A stretch of 32,000 bases of DNA from an uncultured Solirubrobacterales bacterium (GCA_963710725.1 CAVQBJ010000008.1:1-32000), one strand, 5' to 3'; shown: positions 8,014 to 15,435, counted from the stretch's first letter. Translations and numbers: made by a program. The notes: generated by a model not told the origin, from the sequence alone.

Positions 8014-8034
8014 ACGTAGCGCGCTACGCAGGAC
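8014..8034 (+). promoter_or_regulatory. candidate operator box 2: CGTAGCG/CGCTACG palindrome followed by CAGGAC
   Basis: Perfect 14-bp palindrome at 8015-8028, then CAGGAC, ending 90 nt upstream of ATG 8125. It matches box 1 at 17 of 20 positions. A further GTAGCG half-site lies at 8077-8082. Confidence 0.4.
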
Positions 8035-8124
8035 AGGCGATCTCTGCGCCGACACGCTTTCGTCAGACAGCGAGTTGTAGCGCCGCCGCAAAGAGTGAGC
8101 GCGACCTGAGACGAAGGGGACAAC

Positions 8125-9336
8125 ATGAACGAGCAGTTTGCGGACGCCGAATTTCAATTCGGCCTCGAGATCACATTGGGCGCCGCCTACCGTCAGGCGT
8201 CCGACGTAGGCGAGGCGCTCGCCACCGCCAGCCGGATCACCGACGGCGACGCCGATTCGTGGCTCAACGAGTGGACCGCCACGGCCGAGCTGTGCCAGGC
8301 CGCCGGCGCCGAAGCGCAGTCAGCTGATCGGCGCGTCAGCGCCCTGTCCTACTATCGACGCGCCGCAACCTACTACGCGACCGCGCTCTACCGCTTCTCC
8401 GGCGCCACCGACCACTCGCCCGAGCGCGAGCACGAGCTGTGGCGCCGCCAGCGGGCCTGCTGGGAGCGAGTCGTCGACTTGCAGGCGGTGCCCGGCCAGC
8501 GCATCTCGATCCCCTACGAGGACACGACTCTGGCGGGTTTCTTCTTCCGCGCCCCGGACGCCACGCCGGGCGAGCGCCGCCCGCTCGTCGTCATGAACAA
8601 CGGCAGCGACGGCGCCACCTCGGCGATGTGGTTGGAGGGCGGTGCGGCCGCGGCCGAACGCGGCTATCACTGGATGACGTTCGACGGTCCCGGGCAGCAG
8701 GCGGCGCTCTATGAGCAGAATATCCCCTTCCGCCACGACTGGGAAGCCGTCCTCACTCCCGTCCTCGATGCGATCCTCCCGCGCCCCGACGTCGACGAGC
8801 ACCACGTCGCGCTGATCGGCGTCAGCCAAGCCGGCTACTGGGTGCCACGGGCGATCGCGTTCGAGCATCGCTTCGCCGCCGCCGTGGCCGACGGGGGCGT
8901 CGTCGACGTCTCGGCCGGATGGCTGAACCATCTGCCGGACACCATGCGCAAGCAGCTCGGCGACGGCGATCGCGACGCGTTCGATCGCGAGATGCAAGTC
9001 GCGGAAAGCAGATCGCCGGCGGCCAAGGCGACGCTCGACTTCCGTGGCAAGCCCTATGGGTTCAACGGTGGCTCCCGCTTCGATCTCTACCAGGAGATCT
9101 CGTCCTATCGACTCGGCGACGAGGTGAGCGACATCACCACCCCGCTGCTCATCACAGACCCCGACGACGAGCAGTTCTTCCCCGGACAGCCCCAACAGCT
9201 CTACGACCTCCTGTCCGGCACCAAGAAGCTCATCCGGTTCACCGCGCACGAAGGGGCCAACGGCCACTGCGAACCGATGGCCCGGTCACTGCGAGACACC
9301 CGCATCTTCGACTGGCTCGAGGGCTACCTACAGTGA
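8125..9336 (+). CDS. alpha/beta hydrolase family protein (serine hydrolase with N-terminal helical domain)
   Basis: 403 aa with the SD GAAGGGGA before ATG 8125. It has the nucleophile elbow GVSQAG, an acid region LLITDPDDEQF and a C-terminal His region HEGANGHCE. It is a paralog of 4198-5307. Confidence 0.85.
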   Translation: MNEQFADAEFQFGLEITLGAAYRQASDVGEALATASRITDGDADSWLNEWTATAELCQAAGAEAQSADRRVSALSYYRRAATYYATALYRFSGATDHSPEREHELWRRQRACWERVVDLQAVPGQRISIPYEDTTLAGFFFRAPDATPGERRPLVVMNNGSDGATSAMWLEGGAAAAERGYHWMTFDGPGQQAALYEQNIPFRHDWEAVLTPVLDAILPRPDVDEHHVALIGVSQAGYWVPRAIAFEHRFAAAVADGGVVDVSAGWLNHLPDTMRKQLGDGDRDAFDREMQVAESRSPAAKATLDFRGKPYGFNGGSRFDLYQEISSYRLGDEVSDITTPLLITDPDDEQFFPGQPQQLYDLLSGTKKLIRFTAHEGANGHCEPMARSLRDTRIFDWLEGYLQ

Positions 9337-9377
9337 CCACGCGTACACCCAACCTGCACGTGCGCGCGTCGCAGGAG

Positions 9378-9399
9378 AGGCCCATTTTGCAGGCCTTTT
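9378..9399 (+). terminator. weak hairpin plus T-run downstream of the hydrolase gene
   Basis: AGGCC (9378-9382) pairs with GGCCT (9392-9396) across a 9-nt loop, followed by TTT. It lies 42 nt after the stop and directly abuts the tRNA 3' end. Confidence 0.3.
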
Positions 9400-9402
9400 C
9401 GA

Positions 9403-9475
9403 TGGGCCGGGCAGGACTCGAACCTGCGCACGACGGATTATGAGTCCGCTGCTCTAACCACTGAGCTACCGGCCC
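9403..9475 (-). tRNA. tRNA-Met (anticodon CAT); elongator-type, tRNA-Ile2 (lysidine) not excluded
   Basis: The reverse complement folds as a 73-nt cloverleaf: GGGCCGG TA GCTC AGTGGTTA GAGC A GCGGA CTCATAA TCCGT CGTGC GCAGG TTCGAGT CCTGC CCGGCCC A. G1-C72 is paired, so it is not an initiator. No CCA is encoded. Confidence 0.9.
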
Positions 9476-9555
9476 TTGCAAGCGCGGAGCTTATTCGGCC
9501 CGGCGGCTCACGCCGCGCGACGCGGCGGACGTCCCCACGTCGCGTGCGGCGGGGC

Positions 9556-9651
9556 TCACAGCACGGCAAACGCCGCGACGATGACGGCGCCCACCACGAC
9601 CAGGGCGCTGACCAGCAGCGATGCGAAGGTGACGGTGACGATCGTCTTCAC
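9556..9651 (-). CDS. candidate 31-aa single-TM hydrophobic micropeptide
   Basis: GTG 9651-9649 to TGA 9558-9556 translates to (M)KTIVTVTFASLLVSALVVVGAVIVAAFAVL. 29 of 31 codons end in G/C, matching host coding bias. An in-frame stop lies 15 nt upstream. It is below the track's size cutoff and has no clear SD. Confidence 0.3.
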   Translation of the reverse strand: MKTIVTVTFASLLVSALVVVGAVIVAAFAVL

Positions 9652-9778
9652 GCCAGCAACACGCTAGGAGCCGCTCCGAAGCAATTCATAAAGGCGGGCC
9701 CCGCGCGCCCCGCCGGCCGACGCTCGCCGTCGCGGTGGTTTGATACCGCGGCACCGTATCCCCGAACGGAGGAGCACC

Positions 9779-10522
9779 ATGGCTGAGCGCGCGGCGATCG
9801 TGACCGGAGCATCGAGTGGCATCGGCCTCGCGATCGCTCGAATGCTGGGCGAGGAGGGCTACGCGGTGACGATGGCGGCTCGCCAGCCCGAGAAGCTGGA
9901 GGCCGCACGGGCCGAGCTCGCCGATGCGGGCCTGGAGGTCCAGGCCGTCGCCGGCAACGTGAGCCACGAGGACACGGCGAGCCGCGTGATCACCGCCCAC
10001 CGCGAGGCCTACGGTCGCCTCGATGTCCTCGTCAATAATGCCGGCCTCGGCATCGGCTCGCTCGTCGGCGAGATCCAGACGAAGCACCTGGACCTGCAGC
10101 TCGCGGTGAACCTGCGCCAGGTGATCCTCTTCTACCGCGAGGCCTTGGATCTGCTCAAGGCAGCGGGGGCCGAGCATCGAAACGCGCTCGTCGTGAACAC
10201 GTCGTCGATCTCGGGCAAGCGCGGCGAGCCGTGGCTGTCGGTGTACTCGGCGGCCAAGCACGGCGTCGTGGGCTGGACCCAGGCGATGAACAAGGAGCTG
10301 TCCTCCCTCGGCATCAAGTCGACGGCGCTCTGTCCCGCCTTCGTCGACACGCCGATGACCGAGTGGGTCAAGGGCCACGTCAACGCCCAGGACATGATCC
10401 GCTCGCAGGACATCGCCGAATCCGTGCGCTTCCTGCTGCGCACCTCACCCGGGTGCGTCGTGCCCGAGGTCATGTTCGAGATGCCCGGCGGTGAGCTCGA
10501 CTTCAGCGCCGCGGCGACGTGA
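9779..10522 (+). CDS. SDR family oxidoreductase
   Basis: ATG 9779 follows GGAGGAG. TGASSGIG Rossmann motif, NNAG, and the catalytic YSAAK. 247 aa. Confidence 0.9.
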   Translation: MAERAAIVTGASSGIGLAIARMLGEEGYAVTMAARQPEKLEAARAELADAGLEVQAVAGNVSHEDTASRVITAHREAYGRLDVLVNNAGLGIGSLVGEIQTKHLDLQLAVNLRQVILFYREALDLLKAAGAEHRNALVVNTSSISGKRGEPWLSVYSAAKHGVVGWTQAMNKELSSLGIKSTALCPAFVDTPMTEWVKGHVNAQDMIRSQDIAESVRFLLRTSPGCVVPEVMFEMPGGELDFSAAAT

Positions 10523-10658
10523 GCGCGTCCCACTTGATGACGCCCGCGTCACGATCTCGCATAGGCTTCCGGGGCGCGGAAGGCGGCGCGGCGCGGCGCC
10601 CGTCCGCATCCGGCGTCGCGCCTGTCCCGCGACGGCATCCCCGTGAAAGGAACCGCAC

Positions 10659-11693
10659 ATGAAGCTCGGCGTCCATATCGGTTACTGGGGACTGGGGCTC
10701 ACCTCCGAGGACCAGCTGCACATCGTCCAGGAGGCCGAGCGGCTCGGCTACGACTCCGTGTGGGCCGCCGAGGCGTACGGCTCGGATGCGGCGACGGTGC
10801 TCGGCTGGCTCGCCGGTCAGACGTCGAAGATCCGTCTCGGATCGGGGATCTTCCAGATGCCGGCACGCAGCGCCGCGATGACCGCGATGACCGCCGCGAC
10901 GATCGACCAGCTCTCGAACGGGCGCATGATCCTCGGCATCGGCTCCTCCGGGCCGCAGGTCGCCGAGGGCTGGCACGGCCAGCGCTTCGCCAAGCAGCTG
11001 CAGCGCACTCGCGAGTACGTCGCGGTCGTGCGGATGGCGCTCGCGCGCGAGCGCGTCGAGTTCGACGGCGAGACGCTCACGCTGCCGCTCCCCGACGGCC
11101 CGGGCAAGGCGCTCAAGCTGACGATCGGCACCGTCCAGGACCAGATCCCGATCTACCTGGCCGCCATCGGCCCCAAGAACACGACGCTCGCCGGCGAGAT
11201 CGCCGACGGCTGGATCCCGACGCTGTTCTCCCCCGAGCACGTGGCGGACTTCCGCCCGCTGCTGGAGGAGGGCGCTGCGCGCACCGGCAGGTCGCTCGAG
11301 GGCTTCGACATCGCCCCGACCGTGCAGGTGTTCGTCACCGACGATCTGGAGAAGGGCCGCGACGCCATGCGCCCCTTCATCGCGCTCTACGTCGGCGGGA
11401 TGGGCTCGCGCAAGCAGAACTTCTACAACCAGATCGTGCAGCGCTACGGCTTCGAGGTCGAGGCGGCGAAGGTTCAAGACCTCTACCTGGAGGGCAAGCG
11501 CGAGGAGGCGATGGCCGCACTCCCGGACACGCTCATCGACATGGTGAGCATCTGCGGCCCGCCCGACGTCGTGCGCGAGCGCCTCGCCGTCTACCGCGAC
11601 GCCGGCGTCGGGACGCTCGGTGTGACGCCGCTGGCCTTCACCGCGGAGGATCGCCTCACGCAGCTGCGCCTGATCGCCGAGCTCGCGGCCTAG
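10659..11693 (+). CDS. LLM-class (luciferase-like) F420-dependent oxidoreductase
   Basis: 344 aa. MKLGVHIGYWG..., LGYDSVWAAEAYGSDA, GRMILGIGSSGPQVAEGWHG and IAGEIADGWIP are typical of this family. The SD AAAGGA lies upstream. Confidence 0.85.
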   Translation: MKLGVHIGYWGLGLTSEDQLHIVQEAERLGYDSVWAAEAYGSDAATVLGWLAGQTSKIRLGSGIFQMPARSAAMTAMTAATIDQLSNGRMILGIGSSGPQVAEGWHGQRFAKQLQRTREYVAVVRMALARERVEFDGETLTLPLPDGPGKALKLTIGTVQDQIPIYLAAIGPKNTTLAGEIADGWIPTLFSPEHVADFRPLLEEGAARTGRSLEGFDIAPTVQVFVTDDLEKGRDAMRPFIALYVGGMGSRKQNFYNQIVQRYGFEVEAAKVQDLYLEGKREEAMAALPDTLIDMVSICGPPDVVRERLAVYRDAGVGTLGVTPLAFTAEDRLTQLRLIAELAA

Positions 11694-11707
11694 CGGTCGG
11701 AAGACGG

Positions 11708-12997
11708 ATGCCGGGCAGCGTTCACGTGGCCGACCGGCGGCTGCGTCTGGTCCTCGGCGCCTTCGGGGACGCGGGACACGCATTCCCGATCATTGCCCTC
11801 GGCCGAGGGCTCGCGGCGCGTGGGCACGACGTGACCGTGCAGACCTGGAAGCGCTGGCGCGAGGCGATCGAGCGGGAGGGGCTCGGGTTCGCGCCGGCGC
11901 CCGAGTACCAGGTCTTTCCGACCGAGAATCGACCGCTGAAACCCTACGAGGCGGTCGTCCGGGCGGCCCGCGCGGCCGTGCCGGTGCTCGAGCAGCTGCG
12001 GCCCGACGTGGTCGTCTCCGACATCCTCACGCTCGCGCCGGCACTGGCCGCCGAGATGGCCGGCATCCCGGTGGCCACGCTCGTCCCGCACGTCTACCCG
12101 GTCGGGGAGGCCGGCCTGCCGACGTACTCGATCGGCGCCCGAATGCCGCGCACACCGCTCGGGCGGGCGTTCTGGCGACGACTGGAGTTCATCACCGATC
12201 ACGGCCTCCAGCAGGGTCGCGCCGAGCTGAACGGCACGCGCGAGCGCCTCGGCCTGCCGACGCTGCCCTACGTCCATGGCGGCATGAGCCGCGAGCTGAC
12301 GCTCGTGGCCACCTTCCCGCAGCTCGAATACCCGCGCCGATGGCCGGCGCACGTGTCGGTCGTCGGCCCGCTGATGTGGGAGCCGCCGAGCGAGGACGTC
12401 GAGCTGCCGCCCGGCGACGCGCCACTCGTGCTCATCGCGCCCTCGACCGCCCAGGACCCCGACCACCGCATGCTCGCCGCGGCGTTGCGCGGCCTCGCCG
12501 ACCTGCCCGTGCGGGTCCTCGCCACGTGGAACCGCCGACCGCCCCCGCGCCCGCTGCCGGTGCCCGACAACGCGCGGCTCGTGGAGTGGGTCTCCTACTC
12601 GCGCACGATGCCGCGCTGCGACGTCGTCGTCTGCCACGCCGGGCACGGCACGCTCGTGCGCGCGCTCAGCAGCGGCTGCGTCGTCGTCGCCTGCCCGGCC
12701 GTCGGGGACATGAACGAGAACGCGGCGCGCCTGGACTGGGCCGGCCTGGGCGTGCGCGTCCCCCGGCGGTTCGTCGGCGCACGCCCGTTGCGACTCGCCG
12801 TCGAGCGTGCGCTCGCCGACGAACAGATGCGCCAGCGGGTACGAGAGCTGGCGGCATGGAGCGCCACGCACGACGCCGCCGAGCGCGCCGCGCGACTCAT
12901 CGAGCGGCTTGCCGGTCGCGGCGAGGCCGCGCGAGCCGAGACCGCGGCGGAGGGAGAGCTCCGGGGGTGGGACTCGAACCCACAACATCGCGGTTAA
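11708..12997 (+). CDS. GT1-family (MGT/UDP-glycosyltransferase-like) glycosyltransferase
   Basis: ATG 11708 lies 15 nt after the LLM stop. The N-terminus is LVLGAFGDAGHAFPIIALGRGLAARGHDV and the C-terminal donor-binding region is VVVCHAGHGTLVRALSSGCVVVACPAVGDMNENAARL. The first 355 codons of the track ORF (10643-) are a shadow frame over the LLM gene. The 3' tail overlaps tRNA-Asn. Confidence 0.8.
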   Translation: MPGSVHVADRRLRLVLGAFGDAGHAFPIIALGRGLAARGHDVTVQTWKRWREAIEREGLGFAPAPEYQVFPTENRPLKPYEAVVRAARAAVPVLEQLRPDVVVSDILTLAPALAAEMAGIPVATLVPHVYPVGEAGLPTYSIGARMPRTPLGRAFWRRLEFITDHGLQQGRAELNGTRERLGLPTLPYVHGGMSRELTLVATFPQLEYPRRWPAHVSVVGPLMWEPPSEDVELPPGDAPLVLIAPSTAQDPDHRMLAAALRGLADLPVRVLATWNRRPPPRPLPVPDNARLVEWVSYSRTMPRCDVVVCHAGHGTLVRALSSGCVVVACPAVGDMNENAARLDWAGLGVRVPRRFVGARPLRLAVERALADEQMRQRVRELAAWSATHDAAERAARLIERLAGRGEAARAETAAEGELRGWDSNPQHRG

Positions 12998-13031
12998 CAG
13001 CCGCGCACTCTGCCAATTGAGTTACCCCGGA
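12959..13031 (-). tRNA. tRNA-Asn (anticodon GTT)
   Basis: The reverse complement folds as a 73-nt cloverleaf: TCCGGGG TA ACTC AATTGGCA GAGT G CGCGG CTGTTAA CCGCG ATGTT GTGGG TTCGAGT CCCAC CCCCGGA G. Confidence 0.9.
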
Positions 13032-13040
13032 TCGGGTCTG

Positions 13041-13706
13041 CTACGAGCCGGCCGGAGGCCCGACTCGTGGCACCGTGGCCATGCCGTCCTCGACCTCAGC
13101 GTGGCAATTAGAGCACAACAACACGCACTTACGAGCCTCCACCCTCAATGTATCGATCGAGAGCGACACGCCTTTAGCGTTGATCTCGAAGCGCTTGCTC
13201 GCCGGGTCGAGATGATGGAAATGAAGGGCACGTGGGCTTCGCGCATAGCCGCACAGGCAGCAGGCGCCACCGGCCTCCGCGACAAGGAGCGCCTTCACGC
13301 GGCGCCGGCGTCGACTCACCGCCTCGGCTCGGCACCGGCGGCAGCGGTAGCAGCCGCGCCCGTCGCGTACGAACTCGGTCGGGCCATGACGAACGCAGCT
13401 CATCACCGTCGCCGACCGCCCGTCGCGCTGGGCCGCCTGGACCTCCGCCGCCGAGCGCCGACCCGCACCGCGCCCAGTGCGCAGCCCGTAGCGCCGCAAC
13501 CAATGCCGAACGGTCGCCTTGCTGCAGCCCTCGCGTTGCGCGATCTCGGCGATCGTGCGCCCGGCCGCGACATGTGCGGCGAGCGCATCACCGGCTCGTG
13601 CAACGCGACGGTGACGATTCTTACGCCTGCTCCAGCACCCGATCGTAGGCCCGATCGACGGCCGCCTTGATCTCCCCCCGGCGCACCGCGAGGTCGGACA
13701 CGTCAC
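13041..13706 (-). CDS. HTH plus zinc-ribbon plus HNH-motif protein (putative HNH nuclease)
   Basis: The HTH is GRTIAEIAQREGCSKATVRHWLRRYGL. A Cys cluster reads CVRHG...CYRCRRC. The HNH core is CCLCGY..ALHFHHLDP....N....CVLLCSNCH. The only canonical in-frame start before the HTH is GTG 13706, which overlaps the dnaG 3' end by 86 nt. The stop is 9 nt from tRNA-Asn. Confidence 0.65.
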   Translation of the reverse strand: MTCPTSRCAGGRSRRPSIGPTIGCWSRRKNRHRRVARAGDALAAHVAAGRTIAEIAQREGCSKATVRHWLRRYGLRTGRGAGRRSAAEVQAAQRDGRSATVMSCVRHGPTEFVRDGRGCYRCRRCRAEAVSRRRRRVKALLVAEAGGACCLCGYARSPRALHFHHLDPASKRFEINAKGVSLSIDTLRVEARKCVLLCSNCHAEVEDGMATVPRVGPPAGS

Positions 13707-15435
13707 CGCGACCGTCCGTCCGCGCGACCTGGATCTGGCGATCGATGCGCGCGAGCTCGAGCTGGAGCTCCTCGACCTCGAGCGTGGCCGGGTCGGCCGC
13801 CTCGCTCCCCGCCCGCACGGCGAGATCGGCGATCAGCGCCGCGAACTGCGGGTCGTCCTCGGGCAGCTCGGCCCCCGGCGAGCGCAGGTGCTCGCGCAGG
13901 TGCTGCGCCGCACGGCGCAGGAGCTCGGTCGAGAAGTGCTCCGCGGGATCCACGCGCGCGAGCGCGGCCTCTCCCTCGTCGGGCATCGCCACGCACAGCG
14001 CCAGGAAGGTCCGCTCGGTCTCCTCGCGGCGGTCGAGCGCCACGATCCGCCGCCCCGTCTCCCCCGCCCGCGCCGTCGGTTCGCCCACCGGACCGCTCCG
14101 CGCCGCGCGCGGCGCGGCGCCGCGGCCGCCGCCCGCCGGCGCGGCGAGCAGCGTCTCGGTCACCCCCTCGCGCAGCCCCATCCGCCCGGAGACGATCCGC
14201 AGCAGCTCCTCGCGCATCGCGCCCGGCCCAATCGTCGCGAACACCGGGCGCAGCTGCTCGAGCGTGTGGTCGCGCCCCTCCGGCGAGGAGTCATCGCCGG
14301 CGGCGAGCACCCGCTCGACGCGAAACCGCACAAAGGGCACCGAGGCGCCCACCGCGGCGCCGAGCGCCTCCGACCCGTCGCGCTGCACGAGCTCGGCCGG
14401 GTCGGCGCCGGCCGGCAGCGGCACGACGCGCAGCTCGAGTCGCTGGCGGGCGGCGAGCGTGGCCGCCCGCAGCATCGCCTCCTGCCCGGCGCTGTCGGCA
14501 TCAAGGGCGAGCAGCACCGTCGAGGCAAGGCGGGCGAGCTCGCTCACCTGCTCGGCGGTGAGCGCGGTGCCCATCAACCCGACGGTCTCGCGCAGCCCCG
14601 CCTGGTGCAGCGCGATGACATCGGTGTAGCCCTCGCACAGGATCACCCGCCCGGCGCGCGTGGCGTGCGCGCGCGCGACGTCGGCGCCATAGAGGTGCTG
14701 ACCCTTGTGGTAGATGTCGTTGTCGGAGGTGTTGAGGTACTTCGGCTGCTGGTTGTCGCGCATCGCACGCGCGCCGAAGCCGAGCACGCGGCCGCGGACG
14801 TCGCAGAGCGGGAACATGATCCGCTCGCGGAAGCGGTCGTAGGCCTGGCCGTTCTGGCGCGAGCGCTGCGCGAGCCCGGTCGCGTACAGCTCGGCCTCGC
14901 TGTAACCGGCCCGCCGCGAGGCGAGCAGCACGCGGTCCCACGGGCTCGGCGCGTAGCCGACGCGAAAGGCGCGCAGCATCTCCTCGCCGAGCCCGCGTCC
15001 GGCCAGGTAGTCACGCGCGCGCGCCGCCTCGGGCGAGTCCCACAGCACGCGCTGGTAGTAGTCGCTCGTGCGGGCCAGCAGCTCGAGCAGGCGTTCGCGA
15101 GCGCGGCGACGCTCGGCCTCGCGGGGATCCTCGGCCTCGCGCTCGAGCTGCACGTTGTAGCGATCGGCGAGCAGCTCCAGGGCGCCCTTGAAGTCGACCC
15201 CCTCGGTCTCCTGCACGAATCGGAACACGTCGCCGGAGGCCTGGCAGCCGAAGCAGTGGTAGAGCTTCTCGCTCGGGTTGATCCCGAACGACGGCGTGCG
15301 CTCGTCGTGGAACGGGCACAGCCCCTCGTAGCGGTTCGGGCCGGCGCGACGCAGGTCGGTGCGGGCGCCGACCAGCGCCACGAAGTCGACGGCATCGCGC
15401 ACCCGCTCGCGCGACTCGGTTGTGTAAAGGGCCAT
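13621..15435 (-). CDS. dnaG: DNA primase
   Basis: 604 aa. Zinc-finger region GLCPFHDERTPSFGINPSEKLYHCFGCQASGD, a TOPRIM region (ILCEGYTDVIALHQAG ... LALDADSAG) and a C-terminal helical domain. Confidence 0.95.
   Translation of the reverse strand: MALYTTESRERVRDAVDFVALVGARTDLRRAGPNRYEGLCPFHDERTPSFGINPSEKLYHCFGCQASGDVFRFVQETEGVDFKGALELLADRYNVQLEREAEDPREAERRRARERLLELLARTSDYYQRVLWDSPEAARARDYLAGRGLGEEMLRAFRVGYAPSPWDRVLLASRRAGYSEAELYATGLAQRSRQNGQAYDRFRERIMFPLCDVRGRVLGFGARAMRDNQQPKYLNTSDNDIYHKGQHLYGADVARAHATRAGRVILCEGYTDVIALHQAGLRETVGLMGTALTAEQVSELARLASTVLLALDADSAGQEAMLRAATLAARQRLELRVVPLPAGADPAELVQRDGSEALGAAVGASVPFVRFRVERVLAAGDDSSPEGRDHTLEQLRPVFATIGPGAMREELLRIVSGRMGLREGVTETLLAAPAGGGRGAAPRAARSGPVGEPTARAGETGRRIVALDRREETERTFLALCVAMPDEGEAALARVDPAEHFSTELLRRAAQHLREHLRSPGAELPEDDPQFAALIADLAVRAGSEAADPATLEVEELQLELARIDRQIQVARTDGRGDVSDLAVRRGEIKAAVDRAYDRVLEQA

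Larger units (their letters stand above)
1194..9402 (-). mobile_element. degenerate tandem genomic islets integrated at the 3' end of tRNA-Met (no integrase retained)
   Basis: Three same-orientation copies of the tRNA 3' segment are present (1194-1236, 3169-3211, 9403-9445, the last within the intact gene). The enclosed genes are accessory-type: DUF pair, orphan protein, LAL regulator, hydrolase paralogs. No recombinase ORF lies in the interval. Confidence 0.55.

Noticed and set aside
9476-9786. Plus-strand ORFs 9476-9667 and 9544-9786 between tRNA-Met and the SDR gene
   Set aside because: The translations are Arg/Ala/Gly/His-rich with no SD. The second merely runs into the SDR leader. The opposite-strand 31-codon hydrophobic ORF has much better codon bias.
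10643-11707. N-terminal 355 codons of the 784-aa track ORF fused to the glycosyltransferase
   Set aside because: This part is out of frame over the LLM oxidoreductase gene and translates to Arg/Asp/Pro-rich nonsense. The glycosyltransferase homology begins at ATG 11708, right after the LLM stop.
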